Notes: generated from the sequence alone by a model not told the origin. Counted from the stretch's first letter, positions 1 through 13,282 are shown. The stretch: 64,000 bases of DNA from Octopus vulgaris (GCA_951406725.2 OX597826.1:30752001-30816000), one strand, 5' to 3'. Numbers and translations are program-made.

Positions 1-754
1 CTTGTTACCGTTCTCCAAAATTTCAGGCCTTGCACCTTTAGTAGAAAAGATTATTTTGCTAGAAAATATTTACACCGTCCCCAATGTTTGTCAACCCTAA
101 ATAGGTTAATAAAGAAAATAAGTACCAGTTGAACACTGAGTTTGATGAAATCGCGTTACCCTTCCTCTAAAAGTGCTGGCCCTTTTGTGCCAAAATTTGA
201 GACCATTATTATTTTTATCTTCCTACTTTTCATCTCTCGATAAAATAAAGTCTAGTCAAGGACTGGAGTCGTCGATAATCTCAACAAAACCCTTTCCCTC
301 ACAATTACTGGCCTTGTGCCTATATTACTAACAATCAATACAACTTTACGTAAAGTTTAAAAGTTAAATTAGACGAAACTCACAAACGTCGCGTTAAATA
401 GAACAAAGAATCCGGCGTACTTACTTATCTGCGTTGTATCATTAAAATCAGACACGATAGAGGACCCAAGAACTAAATAAATGTATAAAGACAATCTCGA
501 AATTGGAACCAAAACTTCGGCCGTTGTCAGGGTTTGAATTTCCCTTAACAACAGTTAACTACAAAGCTAGTGTCGGTTTATAAACCGCAGCTACGTATTA
601 CTAACAGGTGGCTGATAATTAGTAATTTAAGTTTTAATTATCAGAGCACTAATATAATATGTTATATATATAAATAGATATATATGAAGCGATAACTATA
701 AGCATTTACTCTCACTATCAAAGTAGGCTTCATGATGACCTTTCTAGGCCTCTA

Positions 755-1117
755 GGCAAGAATGGCTGAGTGGTTAAGCAGCTGGCTTTGCAACCGCGAA
801 CTTTTAGGTTCAGTCCAACTACGCAGAACTTTTGATTAGTGTTCTTTTATTATATATTTCTGGGCTAGCCGTTGCTTTATGAGTGAATCTGGTGGGCGGA
901 AACTATATGGAAGCCCGTCATATATATGTGTGTGTGTGTGTGTGTGTATGTGTGTGTACGTTTGCGTTAGTCCCACCTTACTGCTTGACAGCCGGTGCTG
1001 GTTTCTTTACGTCCCATAACTTAGTGGTTTGGTATAAAAGACATGAGTTGTTCGTTTAAATTGTTCAAGACGGTGCCCCAGTATGGCCACAGTCCAATAA
1101 CTGAAACAAATAAAAGA
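755..1117 (+). mobile_element. SINE family A (tRNA-like head, internal microsatellite, CR1-like tail), diverged
   Basis: A-box-like TGGCTGAGTGG, B-box-like GGTTCAGTCC, internal (TG)n, tail GGTGCCCCAGTATGGCCACAGTC..ACTGAAAC shared with other copies in the window. Confidence 0.75.
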
Positions 1118-1295
1118 TGAAATATGGAGAGAATGCCTTACGGTATTTTTAACAACGACCCTTTACGTTCTGTTTCCAATTCGGATGAAATCAATTTTGC
1201 TCGTCATCCTTCCAAGAGGCAGTAAAATAAAGTTCCAGCCAAAAACTAAGATTGATATATATTCCTGAAATGTGTTGTAGATATGGATGGAATTA

Positions 1296-2217
1296 TTGGG
1301 ACTTCCATAAATAACGCGGTTTTTTCAGTTGTATGAACTAAAAGTCGGAGGGTGACGGGATAAACTACCTGCGTCAACTTGCTATAAAAGCAGGTAGTAA
1401 TTTTATCTTGTCCTTATTCTTAGTTCAAGTTTTGAAGAGTGCACTTCGATTACAACAGTTATTTTTTCAAAGCTATAATGAAAGTGACAAAGGAGCATAT
1501 TCAGCATATTTTGCTTTATGAGTTCAATAAAGGCAACAAAGCAATGGAAAGTGCGAGGAATATTAATGCAGTATATGGGGATCGGAGAGTAAGCGTAAGC
1601 CAATGTCAATGGTGGTTCCAGAAATTCCGAGTCGGAAACTATAGCCTAGAAGAAGCCTCGTCCTGAAAGATCTGTAGAACTCGGCGAGGACTTCCAGCAA
1701 ACCCTGGTGGAACAAAATCTCAACGTAACTGTTGAGTAACTAGCAGAGAAGCTGGAAGTTGGTCATTCAACCAGTCATTCAAGTCAGCGCTAGAAGAAAA
1801 ACGACCATCTTTGGTTTTAAGACGAAAGGTATTTTTCCATCAGGATAATGATCGGCCACATACAGCGAGGTTGACATTCCAAAGGTTGGAGCAGCTTTGA
1901 ATGGGAAACGATGTCCTACCCACCATATTCGCCGGACACTGCCCCCACCCGATTATCATTTATTCTGCAGTCTTAAAATCATTTGGATGGAAAAAGTATG
2001 AACTGTGTAGAGAGGTCAGAACAGTACTGGAGGAGAATTTTTCGTCACGGACAAGTGAATTTTGGAATAGGGATCTTGCAAGTCTACCAGATAAATGGAA
2101 TAGCATTGTAGAAGATGAAGGAGAATATATTTTAGATTAAAAAAAGAACTTTGTTCAATCTTAATTTTGAAAAATAAAAGAACTATAAAAAACTGCATTA
2201 TTTATGGGATGACCCAA
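1296..2217 (+). mobile_element. Mariner DNA transposon, internally deleted, decayed transposase
   Basis: Imperfect ~30-bp TIRs (TTGGGACTTCCATAAATAACGCGG / CTGCATTATTTATGGGATGACCCAA) flanked by TA; mariner HTH MKVTKEHIQHILLYEF..WFQKFR from ATG 1478; FHQDNDRPH and HPPYSPD motifs; stops and frameshifts. Confidence 0.92.
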
Positions 2218-2322
2218 TATAATAGAAGTCAACGTAAGATAGAACCTGTTACTCTACAATTTCTTCCGGACCCCTTACACTGTCATCTTCTATTTTAATT
2301 TCATCGACATTTACACCAATGA

Positions 2323-2585
2323 ACTTGCTTCAGTCATTAGACTGCGGCCATGCTGGAGCACAGCTATGAAGAATTTCTAGTCAAATGAATCAAGTCCAAT
2401 TCTTATTTTGAAGTCTGGTACTTATTGTATCGGTCTCTTTAACCGAAACACTAAGTTAAGGGGATGTAAACATACCCACACTGGTTGTCAAGTAGTGTTA
2501 GGGGACAAACACAGACACAAAGATACACACACACACATACATACATACATACATACATACATACATACATACATACATACATACA

Positions 2586-2617
<32 letters not shown>

Positions 2618-2648
2618 CATACATACACACATATATACACACATACAT

Positions 2649-2715
<67 letters not shown>

Positions 2716-2803
2716 CCGTCTACCAAATCCACTCGCAAGGCTTTGGTCGGCGCGTGGCTATGGTAGAAGACACTTGCCCAAGGTGCTATGCTGTGGCACT
2801 GAA
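2323..2803 (-). mobile_element. SINE family A, head truncated at 2803
   Basis: Tail CAGTCATTAGACTGCGGCCATGCTGGAGCAC, internal (TACA)n/(CA)n, CORE-like CACTTGCCCAAGG. Confidence 0.8.
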
Positions 2804-3650
2804 CAGTGACGTAGCTAATAGGGAAGCAAGGGGAGCGAACGCTCTCCCTAAATTTAGTATCTGCCATATCGGCCTCAAGCATTTTTCTATCGCTTCCCTC
2901 GGTACAAAGTCGATTTTTTAAAATTTTTTACATGATATGTTTTGTATATTACCGTCTTTCTCTACGTCGCGTAAATTAATTCACTGGGAGGGAGCAACTT
3001 CACATTATCACCTTCTTTTTTTAGTAAACCTTGGTATTTCTTTAATTCTTCTTTGTTAATAACAATATTTTCTCAGGGGCGAGTTGCTGCACTAGCAAAA
3101 TTAATTTTTGACTTTTCCTCGTTTAGTAGCCTCGCTAGACATCTTGTCGTCTGCTTTTGTAACGCTCACGTGAGACGCCTCTTTACTTTCACCTTCCTCC
3201 TCCCACATATTCGCCTCTATACTTTTACCTTCCCCCTCCCACATATTCGCCTTCATGCCTTCAAACAAATTTTCAAAGTTTTCCTCGGACTCGGAAGAAA
3301 TTGGTGGCAAATTCATGTTTTTCGCCGCTTCCCCTTTGAAACAAGGGGAAAAGTGGTAGTTTATCGGAATATCGTTTTTTGGTTCGTGTGTAGTTCGTGG
3401 AGAGTTTGTTGGAGTGTTACGTTGTGGTTACCCTGCTTCGTTATATATTTATTTTATTGTTACTACATGGTTATAGGGTAAACAAGCATCGTTATTAACT
3501 TTTTTTTAATAAAAAGAAAAAAGAGAAAAAAGAACAGTGTTCTCGAGGGGCTTCGATCGGCGGGCGTCGATTTGCTTCTCTCATTAATATCATAATTTCG
3601 TTTATCATTTCATCTCATTAATGTAATGTCCAGCCCGCAGCTACATCCGT
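2804..3650. mobile_element. Possible hAT-like DNA transposon remnant
   Basis: Starts CAGTGACGTAGCTA exactly where SINE A is cut; weak complementary end AGCTACATCCG at ~3640. Confidence 0.35.
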
Positions 3651-3837
3651 TAATGCCCTTGTGGCAAATTATATGAATAAAAGTATCGTCATAAACAGTG
3701 GCGATACTACAATTATTGACGACGAGTAACAATAAAAAGAGTGAACCACATTCGAACTGAGTATTTTGGAAGTATTTATAGATTCACCAGAGTCAGCAAC
3801 ATAACAATTTACCATGAATACAGATGGAAATATTTCG

Positions 3838-4019
3838 GGTGATCCTTCGGTATACGTACCCTAAGTACCGGAAGTGGCGTTGTTTACATTTCTGAAGATA
3901 ACAGAAACCCTTTTCTCCCACCCCTAACCCTAACCTAACCCTAATCCCCCATATATATAAAAATAAACACTTTCTTGAAATGTATCCGGTACTTCCGGTA
4001 CGTATACCGAAGTTACGCC
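3838..4019. mobile_element. MITE with GG..CC termini and 8-bp TSD (Merlin/MULE-like)
   Basis: ~35-bp imperfect TIR (CTTCGGTATACGTACC..AAGTACCGG); TSD ATATTTCG at 3830-3837 and 4020-4027; internal TAACCC/TAACC repeats. Confidence 0.85.
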
Positions 4020-4230
4020 ATATTTCGTAAAACATAATACGAAGAGAAAGTGCGTTTATGAATCTATATTTCGCTTTAAATATTTCTTTCAGTTGTGTGT
4101 GTGTGTGTGTGTAAACTTTTCTTTCCAATCTGTACGGAATGTAATGGAATAAGTGTAGAAGAGAAATAACTCTGAAATTATAAGCAAGAGCTACTTCCCT
4201 TGCATACCTTCTCGTGCGCTGCATAGATTG

Positions 4231-4578
4231 TGGCACTCCGTCGGTCACGACGACGAGGGTTCCACTTGATCCGATCAACGGAACAGCCTGCTCGTGAAAT
4301 TAACGTGTACTCTTAACGTAGTTCTCGGAGAGATTCAGCGTGACAAAAAGTGTGACAAGGCTGGTCCCTTTGAATTACAGGTACAGCAGAAAAAGGAAGA
4401 AAGAGAGAGAAAGTTGTGGTGAAAGAGTGCAGAATGTTCGCCACCACCCCATGTCGGAGCCTCGCGGAACTTTAGGTGTTTTCTCTTAATAAACATTCAC
4501 AACGCCCGTACTAGGAATCGAAGCCACAATCCTACGACCGCGAGTCCGCTGCCCTAACCACTGGGCCATTGCGCCTCC
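4231..4578 (-). mobile_element. SINE family C (tRNA-like head) with tail T1
   Basis: Minus strand starts GGAGGCGCAATGGCCCAGTGGTTAGGG (A box), then a TTCGATTCC B box; TSD-like CGCTGCATnGAT on both sides; 3' stem-loop. Confidence 0.85.
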
Positions 4579-5033
4579 ACGCTGCATCGATAAACTGCAT
4601 TCAAATGTAGATATAAATATGCACGCTCCGCAGCACACCAAACGCTTACAAACCGTAATAAAACACCGACATGCTATCCATTCCGAACTATGAGTTTAGA
4701 TTTGTACCAAGATTTCTGCCAATAGTGATGAGCGTATTTTGCTCTGTGACAAATTACGTAAGTATTAATCTTAGGAAGCTGGGGTTCACAAAATCAGAAA
4801 GAAAATAGCTAATCAGAAAGATTACAACGACAAGCTTATCCAAGGTTCTGTTGGATTATGTAAAATATTCAGGACGTTCAGCATGTCATAGAAGCCATGC
4901 AAGCGTGTAATCATGTGTATATACACAAAGATATGTATATGCATGCGCACATGTACACACATACAGCTCTTATATGTACACACATACAGCTCTTATATGT
5001 ACACACACACACACATAAACACACACACATGCA

Positions 5034-5096
<63 letters not shown>

Positions 5097-6031
5097 CACA
5101 CACACATGCACGCACATACGCGCGCGACGTCTTTGCTGGGTGTACGAACTCGTCGTCCACGACAACAACGAAATTTCAAAATAAGTTTGGAAAGATGTTG
5201 AAGTGTCAACTGAATGGACTTAAATAGGGATTACACGACCAGAAAGGATTAATACGGAAATAGGAAGCAATGACTTAAATAAATAAAGGGTCAGCGTCGA
5301 CCTCTGTTGTATCGCACGCACTCAAACAGAAACAAACACAAACGTACACAAACATGTTCCTCTGACATTTCTATTTATTAGACATCAATCTGTTAATGAT
5401 TCACTCCTATGCTTCGTTAAGAAGCGAAGCCGGAACATATTTTTCAAATCGCTGACTATGGCTCTGATTTGCTATTCATCTTTAGTCACCAAAAAAAATC
5501 CCATTCTTTTTGGAGAATCTCTGTAAACATCGAATAGAAGGCAAAGCAAAAAAAAAAAAAAAATGATGTTGAGTAATCTCCCTTGACTCTATCTTTTCTA
5601 TATAAATACGCGCACACATACACACTTACACACACGCATGTAAGATACGAGTTCTCTCCCCTGCATTACTGTCTCCATTACCCTCCGTACGTAATTCTCT
5701 GAACGACATCGACCGGTAAGTCAATGGCTTAATCCGTTGTCTCCGTAATCGATATGACACGTTTTAACTCAGCCCTTTCGATGCCGCCTCTTTGGCGACG
5801 CTAATTCGACGCTGACTTAATTGATACCAAATGTTTTAGCGTTTCTCTCGTTCTCTCTCACCTTTTCTCCCCTCTCCCTCTGCCTCTCCCTTTTTCTCCT
5901 CCCCTTCTCCCTCTTCCTCCTCCTCTCTGCTTATTACGTGTGTGAACATATTTCTTGTTGAGTGTTTGAGCAGAGAAGGAAAGTATTTATCTCTATGATA
6001 TTCAATTAACAAATTATAATCCCGCTTTCTA

Positions 6032-6077
<46 letters not shown>

Positions 6078-6119
6078 AATCTCTCTTTCCCCTCTCTCTT
6101 TCTCTCTCTCTCCCTCTCT

Positions 6120-6296
6120 CGCTAACGTAGCTAGGGGGAGCGGTAGGGGCGGTTCGCTCCGGGCGACACTTTTAAAAGGGCAGCACTTTTCATCCTGTCG
6201 TAGGCTATTGCTGTAGGCAATATGTGTTTTTTGTGGGCTCCGGGGCGGCATACGGAAAGGCTGCCCCGGGTAGAACACTCTCTAGCAACGCTAGTG
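6120..6296. mobile_element. hAT-like MITE
   Basis: TIR CGCTAACGTAGCTAG / CTAGCAACGCTAGTG (12/15 match); internal GCTCCGGG-type subterminal repeats; similar terminus at ~37615-37652. Confidence 0.55.
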
Positions 6297-6489
6297 TCAC
6301 TCTCCCCGCCTCTCTCTCTCTCTCTCCCTCTCTCTCTGTTCAAGTCTCTGTGCGTATTTCTCTTAATGTCTATAGACAGGGAATGTTAATGATATCAATG
6401 TCAAACGTGTTCAATTAACAAATTTTAATCTCTCCTTCTCCCTCCCTTTCTCTTTCTCTGAATGTGTATATTTCTACTCGGGCGAGCCT

Positions 6490-6565
<76 letters not shown>

Positions 6566-7069
6566 TGCGTGTGTGTTCGTGTGTTCATGTATGTATGTTC
6601 ATGCGTAAGTTCGCGCGCGAGTATATATGTGTGTGTGTGTGTGTGTGTCTGTGCGTACCTCTGTGTGTGTCTATGTGTGTCTGTGTGTCTGTGTGTGCGT
6701 GTGTTCGTGCGTGTGTATGTGAATTTGTGTGTGTATGCGTGTGTGTGTGTTTGTACGTGATGTATGTGTGTGTGTCTGTGTTTGTCTGTGCGGTGCGTGT
6801 GCGTGTGTCTGTGTGTCTGTGTGTGTGTATGTGTCTGTGCGCTTTTGCTTATGTGTGTGTCTGTGTTTGCCTCCAACGCCAAAGGTACTGTCCTTAACAC
6901 AAGTTGAAAATCCAGTCAGCCGCGCCAAATTGTCGGCGCCCAAATAGCGACGCCCAACCATTTCATTACGCTTGGTAATACATCTTTCTTTCCAACATCT
7001 TTCTTATCATCTTTGCTTGTGACGCAAAACTCTGAGCAACAACGGAGAAACCCTCAACTAAATATGAGC

Positions 7070-7215
7070 ATGGATGAATGATTTTAAGAACTTTGCTTCT
7101 TAACCATGCGGTCACTGGTTCGATCTCACTGTGTGGAATCTTCAATGGGTCTCAGGTCCACTATACAACCTTGGGCGTGAATCTAGATAGGTAGAAACTG
7201 CGTGTAAGCCTGTCA
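7070..7215 (+). mobile_element. Degenerate SINE family A head
   Basis: GGTTCGATCTC B-box-like motif and GGTAGAAACTG..AAGCCTGTC similar to family A. Confidence 0.45.
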
Positions 7216-7615
7216 TCACATGGAGTGTAGCTGTTATTTAAAAGATCCAGCGTTATCACACCTCTCCATGCTAGTTCTATCCGAGATTGATATTCCTATG
7301 TCTGTGGAATATTCGGCCACTTCACGCTCAAATTCAGTGAATAGATGACACAGCTGATCGATCGAACCACTTGATGGAATGTCCATCATGTACACATACA
7401 TACACACACACATACACATACATACATACATACATACATACATACATACATACATACATACATACATACATACATGCATGCATGCATACATACATACATG
7501 CATGCATACATACATACATACATACATACATACACACAAACACACATCTAAAGTGTAACAGACAGACAGATCGACAGACAGACAGACAGACAGACAGATA
7601 GACAGATAGATAGAC

Positions 7616-7769
<154 letters not shown>

Positions 7770-8484
7770 GCTGAATGACAGACAGGTAGATAGATACATA
7801 CACGCATACATGCACACACAAACATACATACATACACACATACATACATACATACATACATACATACATACATACATACATACATACATACATACATACA
7901 TACATACATACACATATACATAAGCGCAGGCATGCGCTCCGTTCTGTATGTTGTCTTATAACAAGCTGAACTTTTTAAATACCTTTAATCGCTTGTCACT
8001 CTAATCTTCTGATTAGGTATGTTCCTCCTAGATTTGTGTATCCCAAATTCCCCACCACCACCACCACAACCACCCACCTTTTCTTCTTTTTCATGTTTCC
8101 TTATAAAAGTAATTCTGGGTTTCTCTTCCTTTTTTTCTCGATAAATAAATTTTTTATACTTCTTAGAATTTATTTTTCATTCTTTTCTGCATTTGAAAAT
8201 ATGTTGCTAAATAAAAATACACGTTTGAAAACGAAAACTTTTCAAAATTGGTATTGAGCGATGGATTAGTTAAATCACAGAGCCAAGAACACCAATAAGG
8301 AATTAGAGAAATCGAAGTCATCATTCAGTTTTATTTCAAAATTTTTTGCCAATAGAGAAAGAACCGGTTTCTAACCTAGGTCCAAGGCTCCTTCATTGGA
8401 ACTTCAACATCAACATCAACAACAGGGTATTTTTGTATTGTATGTATGTATGTATGTATGTATGTATGTATGTATGTATGTATG

Positions 8485-8539
<55 letters not shown>

Positions 8540-8547
8540 TACATACA

Positions 8548-8581
<34 letters not shown>

Positions 8582-8881
8582 CATATACATATATATATAT
8601 GCTCAAAGTAACAACGTTCCAATGTAAAAACACTTCGGGATTATTAAGTGCCTGGCGCTTTGGGATTCCATAGATCAGATATTCTTTTTCAGTACCCTTC
8701 ACCTCATTCTCATCATCATCATCGTAATTGCCAATATCATCATGGTTATCATCATCATCAACATCATCACCACCACCACCACCACCACCACCAATTACTA
8801 CAACAACAACAACAACAACAGACACAGGCGTTAATCCTCGTCGATCACTCTTGAGAATTCTCATCAATCACACTCGAGTTA

Positions 8882-8928
<47 letters not shown>

Positions 8929-8977
8929 GCCCCACGTAAGAATCTGACTGATATATGTATGTGTGCATGTGAGTGAA

Positions 8978-9010
<33 letters not shown>

Positions 9011-9568
9011 GTGTACGGGAGGGAGGGCGCACGCGTATGTATATATGTATATATATGTATGCATACATGTCTGTGTATATATACACACACATACGTACAT
9101 ACATACATGCATACACACATACATACATTCACATACATACATGCATACATAGATACATACATCCACATACATACATACACCCACATACATACATACATAC
9201 ACACACACATACATACATACACACACATACATACATACCTACATACATACATGCATACATTGTTGACATTCCAACGGTGTTTAATGTCTCATCCAATGAC
9301 ACAACGATTTCATCTTCAGACCGGGACACTGATTCGCGTGAAACCAGGATATGTCCATACCCCAAGGGTCCCGTGCGTCACCTGTGTGAGAGTCAGCATT
9401 TCTCTGCGTCCAGTATGCCTTAGCCCAACACTATTTCTTGCAATCTGACCCGTAGCCGGAACATTTGACATATACTACAACTCTGGTGCCAGAGCGGACA
9501 TAGGTGTAGGGATAGCTAAGAAATAACAGTACTCTCTCCTAAACTTCTGAACTCCCGAGCTGGAGCCT

Positions 9569-10170
9569 CTAGTTTCAGTTCACGAGCTGTGGCCATGCTG
9601 GGGCACCGCCATTCGGTGTTGCTACATGATTTTACTTCACGAATGCTTTTTAGCAATTGACATTTGGTGCATGAGTGAGTTTGATGCAACTGCCCTCATC
9701 TGCACCTCCTGCCGTGAAGTTGGTTCATCTGGGACACCTGACAGGATGACGTCCAGCTTTATTTTAAAGACATCTGCATCCACCCCATGCAGGTCCTTCG
9801 GGAGGATATTGAAGAGCTGTGGGCCTCTGAAGCCCAGGCTATCGCAGTATCAGTATTTTGATGGCAAATTTGGAGTCCTTGGCACTATGCAGTGGCGCCC
9901 AGTTCTAGTATTTGTGTAACTCTCGATGCCAAAGTTTGGGACAAGTCCTTCCAGGATCTTCCAGATGTATATTATGGCATATCTTTCTCGCCTACGCTCT
10001 AAGGAATAGAATCTTAATCTCTTGAGTCTTTCCCAATAGCTTATATGCTGCACAGAGGCTATCTTCTTCGTGTAGTTTCGTTGGATTGCCTCAAGTTCTG
10101 TGATTAATTTGACCCTGGTTGGTGACCATAACTGAGAGCAATAGTCAAAGTGGCTTAGGACAAGTGTCCG
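9569..10170 (-). mobile_element. CR1-clade LINE 3' end (ORF2 C-terminus plus tail), 5'-truncated
   Basis: Minus translation RTLVLSHFDYCSQLWSP..LEAIQRNYTKKI..SYWERLKRLRFYSLERRRER..GPQLFNILP..FKIKLD, typical of CR1 ORF2; one internal stop. Confidence 0.9.
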
Positions 10171-10524
10171 AAACCAAGTATGTTAATGTCTTGGCCAGGA
10201 CAAGCTAAGATACCCGCTAGTTTTCGTTAAAGCATGTCTCTGAGAGAAGGATAGCTTGATATGAGACTAGATGTACGGAAAATGGTCTTCGTCACTTTGG
10301 TGATGTCCAGCTGGCACCGAAGATGACGATGTGTCACCATACCGTCGATCCTGAGATCGTTAATTGGCAGCAGATATGTTGTAACAATTAATTAGGCGCA
10401 TCAAGGCCTTTCAGAATATATCTTCTAGAAGAATAGCCAAGAACATATATTTGAGACTAGCAATCGGTTTCAAAATACTAGTAGTTTCAATTCTGATGCT
10501 TATCAGAACTGTCGTGTTTTGCAT

Positions 10525-10942
10525 GGTGAGCTGGCAGAAACGTTAGCACACCGGGCGAAATGCTTAGCGATATTTCGTCTGCCGTTACGTTCTGAGTTCA
10601 AATTCCGCCAAGGTCGACGTTGCCTTTCATCCTTTCGGGGCGATAAATTAAATACCAGTTACGCACTGGAGTCGATGTAATCGACTTAATACCTTTGTCT
10701 GTCCCTGTTTGTCCCCTCTATGTTCAACCTCTTGTGGGTAATAAAGAAATAGGTATTTCGTCTGCTGTTACGTTCTGAGTTCAAATTCCTCCGAGGTCGA
10801 CTTTGCCTTTCATTCTTTCGGGGTCGAGAAATTAAGTACCAGTTACGCACTGGGGTCGATCTAATCGACTTAATGCCTTTGTCTCTCCTTGTTTGTCCCC
10901 TCTATGTTTAGCCCTTTGTGGGCAATAAAGAAATAAGAAATA
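10525..10942 (+). mobile_element. SINE family B, head plus two tandem bodies
   Basis: GAGCTGGCAGAAACGTTAG head, GAGTTCAAATTCC B box, CCTTTCATCCTTTCGGGG body; ~183-bp internal repeat. Confidence 0.88.
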
Positions 10943-11444
10943 AATATTGTCTCTGGTTCATATCAGTTGTGTAGATAAGGTCCATAAGATGTTATGTAAG
11001 ACTTAAAGGACATAAAATTCAGCCAGGACATTGCTGAAACCCCTTCCCTTTTTATATTCATCTTGCCCTTTTTTATTACAGAAAAACAGATATATATATA
11101 TATCCGCTCAAAATTTCATTATCCTTAGCTGCAGAAAATAATTTTATCTATCAATCTATCTTTTGTTTAGGAATGTCATGTTTGAAACTATTTTCTGCTG
11201 ATTCATCTCAAGTTTATGGAATCAATGTAACTTGCAGAAAACACCAATTCTATTCTTTTTTTTTTTTGGTGGGGGGGGGGGGTAGATATTTAAATCGCTG
11301 TTGGAAAGAATCGTGAAATTTAATTTCACAATTAAAGAGTTTATTTTAAAATCTTACGATAACTAGAAAAAGGTGATGCATTCAGACTTGACTGGTTGAA
11401 AGGCCACGGTCGCTGTCTGTACGTAAGAAATCTAAGTATGTAAT

Positions 11445-11494
<50 letters not shown>

Positions 11495-11800
11495 TACACA
11501 TTGAGGGAATGTCATTCATATATCGAATTTTGGTTGAAAAATACTGATCTCTGTCAGCAGGAAACTTTTGGTACCATAAAAGTAACAAAAGCTCTTCAAC
11601 TCTTCAAAAACAATCGTTTTGTCCACCTTTCTGGCTTTCCGGAGTTGATAACTTATTCTTCCAATTCTCTACTGATGTGTGTGTGTGCGTGTATGTGTAT
11701 GTGCATGTGTTCGTGTGTGTGTCTGTGTGTTCGTATATGTGTGTGTATTCGTGTGTGTGTATGTATGTATGTGTGTGTCTATCTGTGTGCGTATGTATGC

Positions 11801-11845
<45 letters not shown>

Positions 11846-12064
11846 TAATATACATACACATATACATTTAGATAGATAGACAGACAGACCGATAGACAGG
11901 CAGACAGACCGATAGACAGGCAGACAGCCCAGACGGACGGACAGGCAGACGGACGGACGGACGGACGGACGGACATGCATACATACATACATACATACAT
12001 ACATACATACATACATACATACAGACAGACAGACAGACAGATAGACAGACAGACAGATAGATAA

Positions 12065-12123
<59 letters not shown>

Positions 12124-12398
12124 TACAGACAGATAGATAGATAGATAATAGATAGATAGGTAGATAAAGACAAGTATGCTTGTGTATATGCATGTATGCA
12201 TTTATGATTCATTGATACGTACGTAGTGTGTGCGCGTGCGCGAAACGGAGAGCGTATGTGTATGTATGTATTTATGCATACAAGTGTCTCCAATATTCGT
12301 AATAAAAATTGCAGCTTATTAATTGCATATGCATGTACAAGAGTTTGTTCCTCTGTGTATGTGTGTGTGTGTGTATGTGTGTGTGTGTGTGTGTGTGC

Positions 12399-12441
<43 letters not shown>

Positions 12442-12473
12442 TGTGTGTGTGTGCTTTGCGCGTGTGTTTGTAT

Positions 12474-12505
<32 letters not shown>

Positions 12506-12861
12506 GCTTTAAGTGGATGCTGGTTTGCGTCTCTATCGATTCCAGGATGTGCATGCAAAAAATTATTCTTCTGCTTCGCGCATGTCTTATGCGACTGCGT
12601 GTTTGTGCGAGTTGTGTTCGAGTGTAGGTGTCGATAAGTTTGTGTGCGCCATCGCGCACGCACTCATGCGAAACTGCACGCGTTCATAGACATATTTAAA
12701 CATGCATACATACATACACACATACATACATACATACATACATAAGTATGTACATACATATATACATACATACATGCATATATGTGCATATATGCATGTG
12801 TGGGTGTGCGTATGTGTGTGTGTGCGTATGTAGGTGCATACATAAGACTAGGTTTGCATAC

Positions 12862-12978
<117 letters not shown>

Positions 12979-13282
12979 CAGACAGCAGACAGACAGACGA
13001 TATATATACACATATGCACATGGTTGGAGGGAGGGAAAGTAAAAGAAAGTGGGTGGGTGGGGAATAGAGAGCTGGAGGAAGAAGAAAGAGAGAGTGGGAG
13101 GTCATCAACACACACACACATACACACACGTGTACATATACATTAAGAACAAACTTACTTAGAAATGGATGCCTGCGTTCTGTCGCGTAATAACAAATTA
13201 ATAAATAAAACATGAATATATACATACACATATGTATGTACCTACATCTACATGTATATATACATGCACATATATATACATG

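Noticed and set aside
8648-8976. His/Gln-rich transcription-factor-like ORF
   Set aside because: Adjacent (CAT)n, (CAC)n, (CAA)n and (CAG)n microsatellites explain it
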